Shown here: one piece after another, positions 10,903 to 20,000 of the stretch
Layout: each line of letters starts with the position of its first letter
How positions within the stretch are numbered: the first letter of the stretch is position 1
Assembly: GCF_004010195.1 (NCBI RefSeq)
Contig: NC_057719.1
Coordinates: forward strand, 95,103,709-95,123,708
DNA length: 20,000 nucleotides
Direction of reading: 5' to 3'
Origin: Chiloscyllium plagiosum
Taxonomy: Eukaryota
The notes under the pieces: model-generated
Told to the model about the DNA's origin: nothing
The model's database searches: none
The model's input: the letters and a program-made list of their open reading frames with translations, nothing else
Made by a program: the position numbers and the translations under genes

Positions 10903-12033
10903 TCAGTATATCCTTTAGGTCCTGGGGCTACGCTGGAAGGATTAGCTGTAATGGTCAGACTTCTCAGTGTGTCCTGAAGATATTTTGGTTTCCTGAAGGA
11001 AGATAAACCCTCTCCTCCTGAGCCATATGCAAGAACATTGGAGAGGGATCGTTGGTCTGTTGCCCCATTTTTGTCATTCCTTGCCTGTCTTCTATTCTTC
11101 TTAAAACAAAATGATATCCCATGCTGCAGTCAGAATGCATCTCGTCTCTAAAAGGTGCAGTTTGGCTTTAAGTAGAATGGACTCACTTTACACGGTGTTA
11201 ACCTCTCGCAAACTCAGGCCTCATGTTGATGCATACAACTACCCAACAACACGTTCAGCACCGGGCTGCTTGCCACAGTCATTAGTATGAGTGGGCAGCA
11301 CTGAGTTTGCCAGCTGCCTGCCTCACTCTGAATAGTTGCAGGTTAATTGTACATTGTGATCCCTGCATCAGTTTCAGGAGTTATCCAATTTTGCCTCCTT
11401 TGTTTCTCATGGGAATCTGTTAAAAGCAGCTAGACGGGAGCAGTGCACTAGTTAAAATGAATCCAGATATTTTGATATTTAATAAGAATTCACTGTTCAT
11501 GAGTTAGGTGATGTTATGTAATGGGTGAAACTTTGTGATTTGGTTGTGGTGAGAGGGTTTTTAATGATGTGAAAGGGTGGCAAGTGAAGACCACACTGCC
11601 TTCACCTTTGGATAACTTTGGTACCCTCATTGGGGCATGGAAGTGACCAATTGATACCTTTGAAAGGTTTCATCTTGTGCAAGTGGAATTAGCCCAATTG
11701 GTGACAGAGCATTCAACATGTGGGATCATGAGAAACAGTGGGTCTTTATTGGCTCAGGGTACGTGATGGGTCCATCTTTCAAAGGAACCCAGTGAGTAAT
11801 CACAGGAGCTCAGGAAGTGGGGAGCTTGCTGAGTGCCATCGCTGCCCCCCCCCAACCCCCACATCTCCACACATGATTCCTTCTCTACCATCACGCACCT
11901 GTGCCTCAACCCCACTTTAATCAAATGCCTGATGGGTGTCATACGACTTGCAGCCCCCCTTTTTGCCAGTGACACTGTGGAGAACCAAAGAATTGCTGGG
12001 AATTTGTGACAGACAGAACTTCTGTTCCTTGGT

Positions 12034-12204
12034 GAAAGTGAGGACTGCAGATGCTGGAGATCAGAGTCAAAACGTGTGGTGCTGGAAAAGCACAGCCGAT
12101 CAGGCTGATCTGATGAAATTCTCATGCTCGGAAAGTCAACTCCCCTGCTCCTTAGATGCTGCCTGACCGACTGTGCTTTTTCTGTACCACACTTTTTGAT
12201 TCTG
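12034..12204. mobile_element. Dispersed repeat family A, copy 3, fold-back (two opposed partial copies)
   Basis: 12034-12105 in the orientation of copies 1 and 2, then 12110-12204 in the opposite orientation starting at CTGATGA (12110-12116)...GAAAGTC...cctgctccttagatgctgcctgacc...ctgtgctttttctgtaccacac. Confidence 0.75.
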
Positions 12205-12230
12205 CTCCCCCCCTGGTACCCCTTGATCCT

Positions 12231-12583
12231 GGGGTGGCACCGTGACTCAATGGTTAACACTGCTGCCTCATGGTGCCGGGATCCTGGATTAGATTCCAGC
12301 CTCAGATGACTGTCCCTGTGGATTTTGCACATTCTCTCTGTGGTTGTGTGGGTTTCCTCCAGGTGCTCTGGTTTCCTCCCACAGTCCAAAGATGTGCAGG
12401 TCAGGTGGATTGGCCGTGCTAAAGAGCCCATAGTGCTCAGGGATGTGGAGGTAAGGTGGATTAGGTGGATAATGCAGAGTTGCAGCGATGGGGTAGATTT
12501 GGTTGGGACACTCTTTACAGAGTCAGTGTAGACTCAATGAGCTGAATGGCCTGCTTCCACATGGTAAGGACTCTATGATGCTA
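12231..12583 (+). mobile_element. HE1-type V-SINE, older diverged copy or different subfamily
   Basis: Aligns by eye with 9723-9925 (degenerate A and B boxes, 'gggtttcctccaggtgctctggtttcctcccacagtccaaagatgtgcaggtcaggtg'), with a different tail ending 'gctgaatggcctgcttccacatggtaaggactctatgat'. Confidence 0.85.
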
Positions 12584-13498
12584 AAGACTGCTGTTTGCCT
12601 CTCATGTTGCTGTTGGCGCAGTACGTGCAAGACATTCCTCAAAGGAGGTATTACAGAGTTCTCATCGGCAAATGTGATACCCATCACTTCCATAACATCC
12701 CACCCAATGTGTCTGAGTGTGAACTAATCAGTTAATAAACATGAATTTTTTTTTCCCTTTGCTAAGTCTCACATTAGACATGTTTTGGTTCAGATGAACC
12801 GGTACTTCCTACCACTTGAAAATTAATTTTTACATGAACTTTCTATTTATGTTTCAACTTAAGTATTAGAAAACAGAAACAGTAAATTCCAAAGGCAAAT
12901 CATGGGATCTCATGAACAGAGAAATCTCTGTATTTTACTGAAGGAAGGATACAGTGTATCGTTTAAAAAAAAACGTTCATCTGCCATGACACAAACTCGG
13001 ATCAAATATTAATCTGTACTACTGACATGTTGGCAACAATACAGTATGGAATACATGGAGATTAGCTGAAAACTGCTAAGTGGCAGTGAGGTACTGAGTC
13101 AGGGGATAGAGATACTCTTGGGAAATAATTTTCACTATGAAGGACTTGACTGATCATGCATAACACTCACAAAAAGGACATATTTGAGAGGCACAGATGG
13201 AAACAAAGTAAGTAGAGTTTTGCATCATGTTTTCTGTTATGATGACATCTTGTGAAGAGTAGCGTAAAGGCATTGTATATTACTTTACAAAGAAACCAAG
13301 TCTAGTACATCGACATCCTTACGTACAATCAGAGTTCCTGCATTCCACCCTTATCTGTTTTAGAACACTTGTGTTTTTTGAACTTTAGGTTAAGAAACGT
13401 TATGAAAATGGAAGTTAATTTGAGATAAAGTTTTACATGTTCCAAGCTGAAAACTCCTCTGGACAGAAATTTTTCAACTTTATATAATTAAGACAGAG

Positions 13499-13714
13499 GA
13501 GAAAGTGAGGTCTGCAGATGCTGGAGATCAGAGCTGAAAATGTGTTGCTGGAAAAGCGCAGCAGGTCAGGCAGCATCCAAGGAGCAGGAGAATCGACATT
13601 TCGGGCATGAGCCCGAAACCATTCCTGAAGAAGGGCTCATGCTGAAATGTCGATTCTCCTGCTCCTTGGATGCTGCCTGACCTGTTGCACTTTTCCAGCA
13701 ACACATTTTCAGCC
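13499..13714. mobile_element. Dispersed repeat family A, copy 4, fold-back with 15-bp target-site duplication
   Basis: Inverted arms 13533-13614 and 13633-13713 (~80 bp, few mismatches). Perfect direct repeat ATAATTAAGACAGAG at 13484-13498 and 13715-13729. Plus-strand CTGAAGA (13625-13631), GAAA (13644-13647), GTC (13649-13651). Confidence 0.85.
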
Positions 13715-14349
13715 ATAATTAAGACAGAGTTCTACATTCATTAGGCTTTGAGCCTTAATTTTCAGAGATAATATATTTTGTCATGTAATGACAGGTGAAT
13801 CAATCAGATCACAGGGTTTTGAAACCTATAGAAGTCACTTTATTTTATTGGATTCAGTAATTATTGGGATATAATTCCATTTTCATAGAAATTACAAATT
13901 CTTGCTTTCTCTGATTTCTTGATCATTTATTGAATGTTGGAATACAAGTTTTTGTAACATGTTGTAAAGTTTTAATAGACAACTAATCAACAAATAACAG
14001 TCAGTATTGATGTACTTCCAATAACGATATTTGTCTACCAAATAAACGGGTGCAAGAATGCATCATAAACTTTCAGCTAATCAGGAACAGACATGCATGG
14101 GAATCAGAAAGAGAAAGATTGATAGTACAAGGTATGAATATCCCAGTTCTAAATCACGAGGCTATCGTAGCCCATCATGCTCGGTTTTTTAGAGTTTGAA
14201 GGAGCACTCAGTATTCATAATAGTCCAATTCAACAGGAAAATAACTCTAGCTATTGAAAATAAGAAGTAACAGCCAAATGAATCTGACACTTTTCTATCT
14301 CCCTGTTTATTCAGTCCTCATTTCACTAAGTCCTGCCAGTTCATGTTGC

Positions 14350-15588
14350 CACTGTTACATATCTACCCACCATTCTCACTGTTACATATCTACCCACCAT
14401 TCTCACTGTTACATACCCACTCACTATTCTCACTGTTACATATCTACCCACCATTCTCACTGTTACATACCCACTCACTATTCTCACTGTTACATATCTA
14501 CCCACCATTCTTCTCATTGTTACCCACCCACTCACTATTCTCACTGTTTGCCACCCATTCACCATTCTCACTGTTACCCACCCACTCACCATTCTCATTG
14601 TTACCCACCCACTCACTATTCTCACTGTTTGCCACCCATTCACCATTCTCACTGTTACCCACCCACTCACCATTCTCATTGTTACCCACCCACTCACTAT
14701 TCTCACTGTTTGCCACCCATTCACCATTCTCACTGTTACCCACCCACTCACCATTCTCATTGTTACCCACCCACTCACTATTCTCACTGTTTGCCACCCA
14801 TTCACCATTCTCACTGTTACCCACCCACTCACCATTCTCATTGTTACCCACCCACTCACTATTCTCACTGTTTGCCACCCATTCACCATTCTCACTGTTA
14901 CCCACCCACTCACCATTCTCATTGTTACCCACCCACTCACTATTCTCACTGTTTGCCACCCATTCACCATTCTCACTGTTACCCACCCACTCACCATTCT
15001 CACTGTTACATGCCTACTCACTATTATCACTGCTACCTTCCCACTCACTGTTCTCACTGTTACCCACACACTCAACATTCCCAATGTTACCCACCCACTC
15101 ACTATTCTCACTGTTTGCCACCCATTCACCATTCTCACTGTTACCCACCCACTCACCATTCTCACTGTTACATACCCACTCAATATTCTCCCTGTTCCAT
15201 ACCCATTCACCATTCCCACTGTTACATACGCATTCACTATTCTCACTGTTACCTACCAACTCACTATTCTCACTGTTACGCCCCCACTCACTATTCTCAC
15301 TGTTACCTATCCACTCACCATTCTCACTGTTACAGACACATTCACTATTCTCACTGTTACCCACCCACTCACCATTCTCACTGTTACATGCCTACTCACT
15401 ATTATCACTGCTACCTTCCCACTCACTGTTCTCACTGTTACCCACACACTCAACATTCCCAATGTTACCCACCCACTCACTATTCTCATTGTTACCCACT
15501 CACTCACCATTCCCACTGTTATGTACCCACTCACTATTCTCAGTCTTACATAGCCACTCACTATTCTCACTGTTACCTACCCACTCAC
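14350..15588. repeat. 27-bp minisatellite (consensus ~CTCACTATTCTCACTGTTACCCACCCA), about 45 units, including six copies of an 81-bp higher-order repeat
   Basis: 9-residue periodicity in all translated frames (SHCYPPTHH / SLLPTHSPF / SENGEWVGN). The 'tttgcc' variant recurs every 81 bp at 14547, 14628, 14709, 14790, 14871 and 14952. Confidence 0.97.
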
Positions 15589-16474
15589 TAATCTCAACAT
15601 TCCCTTACCACTGTAAATAATCATTCGTCTCCATGTTCCTCCATCCTATTCCGTTTTAGTGCTCTCAATGACATTGTGACAAGGAGAAGCAAAATATTTA
15701 TGCTTTTAGTTTCTTTATAATACTTTTCTTCATTCAGCGTGAAAGCACGGAACGATCGTCAATAATGTTTAAAAGCAAGCGTGACTTTCTGGTGGCAACT
15801 GTACACCACAACTGTGTTGAAAATGCATTGAGGAGTTGGCAGATGCTCAATCAAGAGGGTGCAGCAAGCTGTGATGATAGTGTTGCCACTGGTACTGCTC
15901 ACAGTGTGCAGCAACATGTGATGCTGGATTTAGTGTTGGCACTGCTCATTGTGTGCAGCAAGCTGTAATCGGAGTGTTACGGTTGGCACTATTTACTGTG
16001 CGCAGCAAGCTGTGATGGGTGTGTTAAAGGTGGCACTGCAATAACAACACTGTTTACTGCACACAGTGAGCAGTGCCAACAGGAACAATACTATCATTGC
16101 TTGCTGCACACAGTAAGTAGTGCCAACAGCAAGCTGTGATGGGAGAGTTACTGTTGGCACTTCCCACTGTGTGCAGCAAACTGTGATGGTATTGTTACTG
16201 TTGGCACTGCTCACTGTATGCAGCAAGCTGTGATGGTAATGTTACTGTTGGCACTGCTCACTGTGTGCAGCAAGCTGTGATGGTATTGTTACTGTTGGCA
16301 CTGCTCACTGTATGCAGCAAGCTGTGATGGTAATATTACTGTTGGCATTACCTACTGTGTGCAGCACGCCGCGATGGTTGTGTTAGTGTTTACACAGGTC
16401 ACTGTACGCAGCAAGCTGTGATGATAGTGTTACTGTTGGTACTGCTCACTGTGTGCAGCAAGCTGTGATGGTTT

Positions 16475-16631
16475 TTAGATTAGATTAGATTAGATTAGAT
16501 TACAGTGTGGAAACAGGCCCTTCGGCCCAACAAGTCCACACTGACCGCCGAAGCGCAACCCACCCATATCCCTACATTTACCCCTTACCTAACACTACGG
16601 GCAATTTAGCATGGCCAATTCACCTGGCCTG
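16475..16631 (-). mobile_element. 5'-truncated HE1-type SINE inserted in the 47-bp array
   Basis: Near-exact reverse complement of about 9886-10040: (TAGAT)5, then 'tacagtgtggaaacaggcccttcggcccaacaagtccacac...ccccttacctaacactacgggcaatttagcatggccaattcacctg'. Confidence 0.92.
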
Positions 16632-17239
16632 ACTGCTCACTGTATGCAGCAAGCTGTGATGTTAGTGTTATTGTTGGCACTGCTCACTGTATGCAGCAAG
16701 CTGTGATGTTAGTGTTATTGTTGGCACTGCTCACTGTATGCAGCAAGCTGTGATGTTAGTGTTATTGTTGGCACTGCTCACTGTATGCAGCAAGCTGTGA
16801 TGTTAGTGTTATTGTTGGCACTGCTCACTGTATGCAGCAAGCTGTGATGTTAGTGTTATTGTTGGCACTGCTCACTGTATGCCAAGCTGTGTGATGGTAT
16901 TGTTACTGTTGGCACTGCTCACTGTATGCAGCAAGCTGTGATGGTAGTGTTACTGTTGGCACTGCTCTCTGAATGCAGCAAGCTGTGATGATAGTGTTAC
17001 TGTTGGCACTGCTCACTGTATGCAGCAAGCTGTGATGGTAGTGTTACTGTTGGCACTGCTCACTGTATGCAGCAAGCTGTGATGGTTGTGTTACTGTTGG
17101 CACTGCTCTCTGTATGCAGCAAGCTGTGATGGTATTGTTACTGTTGGCACTGCTCACTGTATGCAGCAAGCTGTGATGGTAGTGTTACTGTTGGCACTGC
17201 TCACTCTATGCAGCAAGCTGTGATGGTAGTGTTACTGTT

Positions 17240-17739
17240 NNNNNNNNNNNNNNNNNNNNNNNNNNNNNNNNNNNNNNNNNNNNNNNNNNNNNNNNNNNNN
17301 NNNNNNNNNNNNNNNNNNNNNNNNNNNNNNNNNNNNNNNNNNNNNNNNNNNNNNNNNNNNNNNNNNNNNNNNNNNNNNNNNNNNNNNNNNNNNNNNNNNN
17401 NNNNNNNNNNNNNNNNNNNNNNNNNNNNNNNNNNNNNNNNNNNNNNNNNNNNNNNNNNNNNNNNNNNNNNNNNNNNNNNNNNNNNNNNNNNNNNNNNNNN
17501 NNNNNNNNNNNNNNNNNNNNNNNNNNNNNNNNNNNNNNNNNNNNNNNNNNNNNNNNNNNNNNNNNNNNNNNNNNNNNNNNNNNNNNNNNNNNNNNNNNNN
17601 NNNNNNNNNNNNNNNNNNNNNNNNNNNNNNNNNNNNNNNNNNNNNNNNNNNNNNNNNNNNNNNNNNNNNNNNNNNNNNNNNNNNNNNNNNNNNNNNNNNN
17701 NNNNNNNNNNNNNNNNNNNNNNNNNNNNNNNNNNNNNNN
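17240..17739. other. Assembly gap (500 N)
   Basis: Run of exactly 500 N with 47-bp units on both sides; the round size suggests a placeholder. Confidence 0.99.
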
Positions 17740-19602
17740 GGCACTGCCCACTGTATGCAGCAAGCTGTGGTATTATTGTTACTGTTGGCACTGCCCACTG
17801 TATGCAGCAAGCTGTGATGCGTGTGTTACTGTTGGCACTGCCCACTGTATGCAGCAAGCTGTGGTAGCATTGTTACTGTTGGCACTGCTCTCTGTATGCA
17901 GCAAGCTGTGATGTTATCGTTACTGTTGGCACTGCCCACTGTATGCAGCAAGCTGTGGTAGTATTGTTACTGTTGGCACTGCCCACTGTATGCAACAAGC
18001 TGTGGTGATGGTGTTACTGGTGGCACTGCTCACTGTATGCATCAAGCTGTGATGGTATTGTTACTGTTGGCACTGCTCACTGTATGCATCAAGCTGTGAT
18101 GGTATCGTTACTGTTGGCACTGCCCACTGTATGCAGCAATCTGTGGTAGTATTGTTACTGTTGGCACTGCCCACTGTATGCAGCAAGCTGTGGTGATGGT
18201 GTTACTGGTGGCACTGCTCACTGTATGCATCAAGCTGTGATGGTAGTGTTACTGTTGGTACTGCTCACTGTATGCAGCAAGTTGTGATGGTATTGCGACT
18301 GTTGGCACTGCCCATTGTATGCAGCAAGCTGTGGTAGTATTGTTACTGTTGGCACTGCCCACTGTATGCAGCAAGCTGTGATGATATCGTTACTGTTGGA
18401 ACTACTCACTGTATGCAGCAAGCTGTGATGGTAGTGTTACTGTTGGCACTGCTCACTGTATGCAGCAAGCTGTGATGGGTGTGTTACTGTCTGCACTGCC
18501 CACTGTATGCAGCAAGCTGTGATGGTATCGTTACTCTTGGCACTGCTCTCTGTATGCAGCAAGCTGTGATGTTATCGTTACTGTTGGCACTGCTCACTGT
18601 GTGCAGCAAGCTGTGATGGTATTGTTACTGTTGGCATTACTCACTGTATGCAGCAAGCTGTGATGATATTGTTACTGTTGGCATTACTCACTTTATGCAG
18701 CAAGCTGTGATGGTATTGTTACTGTTTGCACTGCTCACTGAATGCAGCAAGCTGTGATGGTATTGTTACTGTTGGCACTGCTCACTGTATGCAGCAAGCT
18801 GTGATGGTATTGTTACTGTTGGCACTGCTCACTGTATGCAGCAAGCTGTGGTGGTATTGTTACTGTTGGCACTTCCCACTGTATGCAGCAAGCTGTGATG
18901 GTACTGTTACTGTTCGCACTGCTCTCTGTATGCAGCAAGCTGTATTGGTATTGTTACTGTTCGTACTGCTCTCTGTATGCAGCAGGCTGTATTGGTATTG
19001 TTACTGTTGGCACTGCTCACTGTGTGCAGCAAGCTGTGATGGTAGTGTTACTGTTGGCACTGCCTACTGTATGCAGCAAGCTGTGTGATGGTAGTGTAAC
19101 TGTTGGCACTGCTCACTGTATGCAGCAAGTTCTGATGGTATTGTTCCTGTTGGCACTGCCCACTGTGTGCAGCAAGCTGTGATGGGAGTATTACTGTTGG
19201 CACTGCCCACTGTATGCAGCAAGCTGTGATGGTATTGTTACTGTTGGCACTGCTCACTGTATGCAGCAAGCTGTGATGGTAGTGTTACTGTTGGCACTGC
19301 CTACTGTATGCAGCAAGCTGTGTGATGGTAGTGTAACTGTTGGCACTGCTCACTGTATGCAGCAAGTTCTGATGTTATTGTTCCTGTTGGCACTGCCCAC
19401 TGTGTGCAGCAAGCTGTGATGGGAGTATTACTGTTGTCACTGCCCACTGTGTGCTGCAAGCTGTGATGGTATTGTTTCTCTTGGCACTGCTCACTGAATG
19501 GAGCAAGCTGTGATGGTATTGTTACTGTTGGCACTGCCCACTGTGTGCAACAAGTTGTGATGGTATTGTTACTGTTGGCATTACTCACTGTATGCATCAA
19601 GC

Positions 19603-20000
19603 CTTTTCTCAGCAGAGAGCGGTGCGAGCTGGGCAGAAGTGAGGTTGGAGCGCAGAGCTGGTCGGGAAGGTAAGTGATTGATATTTGAGAGGGTGTGTTC
19701 TAGACCCCAGACCCTACATAGTAGGGCCTCCCTCCCATCCTTCTCCTCTAACCTAATTTTAAAGTTCACAGGTAAGCTACTCAGTGTTCTTGATTTGGAG
19801 ACTAAGTGTAGAGTAATGGCAGCACAGGCAGTGGAATGTTCCTCCTGCAGGATGTTTGAGGTAGGGGTGACCACCGATACTCCTGCCGACTTCATCTGCA
19901 GGAAATGCAGTCAGATCCTGCTCCTCACAGAACGAGTTAGGGAACTGGAACTGGAGTTGGATGAACTGAGGATTATTCGAGAGGCTGAGAGGGTGATAGA
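19603..20000 (+). mobile_element. 5' end of a CR1-clade LINE (5' UTR and ORF1 start), continues beyond the window
   Basis: Abrupt switch from satellite to GC-richer sequence at 19603, followed by an ORF with the CR1 ORF1 zinc-finger/leucine-zipper motif. Confidence 0.8.
19816..20000 (+). CDS. CR1 LINE ORF1 protein N-terminus (partial, not in the ORF track because it runs off the window)
   Basis: MAAQAVECSSCRMFEVGVTTDTPADFICRKCSQILLLTERVRELELELDELRIIREAERVI: CxxC-x16-CxxC followed by a coiled-coil heptad, as in CR1 ORF1 zf/lz domains. No stops over 61 codons. Confidence 0.85.
   Translation, partial: MAAQAVECSSCRMFEVGVTTDTPADFICRKCSQILLLTERVRELELELDELRIIREAERVI

Larger units (their letters stand above)
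15860..19602. repeat. 47-bp tandem array (consensus GCAGCAAGCTGTGATGGTATTGTTACTGTTGGCACTGCTCACTGTAT), interrupted by an inversion, a SINE and an assembly gap
   Basis: Unit starts recur at 47-bp spacing (e.g. 16220, 16267; 16646, 16693). Degenerate at the left edge, abrupt right end at 19602. Confidence 0.97.

Noticed and set aside
12015..12028. AGAACTtcTGTTCC as a hormone response element
   Set aside because: The spacer is 2 bp rather than 3 and one half-site is mismatched.
11754..12431. 225-aa minus-strand ORF (also 9614-10015, 133 aa)
   Set aside because: Chance read-through of antisense HE1 SINE and family-A repeat sequence.
14254..15620. 445-aa, 425-aa and 301-aa ORFs as real genes
   Set aside because: They coincide with the 27-bp minisatellite, are open in several frames on both strands and have no non-repetitive domain.
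17201..17867. 185-219-aa ORFs
   Set aside because: Made almost entirely of X from the 500-N gap.
15860..19602. CRISPR-like array or Cys-rich repeat protein
   Set aside because: Contiguous 47-bp units with no unique spacers, no cas genes and a vertebrate context; 47 is not a multiple of 3, so ORFs are short and shift frame.

Overview
Eukaryotic, AT-rich, mostly intronic DNA, almost certainly from a cartilaginous fish (inferred from shark-type HE1 SINEs and other repeats). The only host coding sequence I can support is a 152-bp minus-strand exon (6135-6286) encoding the first zinc finger of an NR3C steroid receptor, most likely the progesterone receptor (PGR exon 2 equivalent). The rest is intron carrying a Rex1/Babar LINE 3' fragment, three HE1-type V-SINEs, an older tRNA-type SINE and a pogo/Tigger-type MITE. 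It also holds five short insertions from two families with hammerhead-ribozyme-like cores (probably Penelope-like element derived; several fold-back, several with target-site duplications). Two tandem arrays follow: a 27-bp minisatellite with an 81-bp higher-order repeat and a ~3.7-kb 47-bp array containing a 500-N gap. The window ends in the 5' UTR and ORF1 start of a CR1-clade LINE. The long ORFs in the track at 14.2-19.6 kb are repeat or gap artefacts. I see no clear novel protein-coding system. The most interesting signals are the ribozyme-like fold-back insertions and a tandem steroid-response-element-like site in the receptor's own intron.
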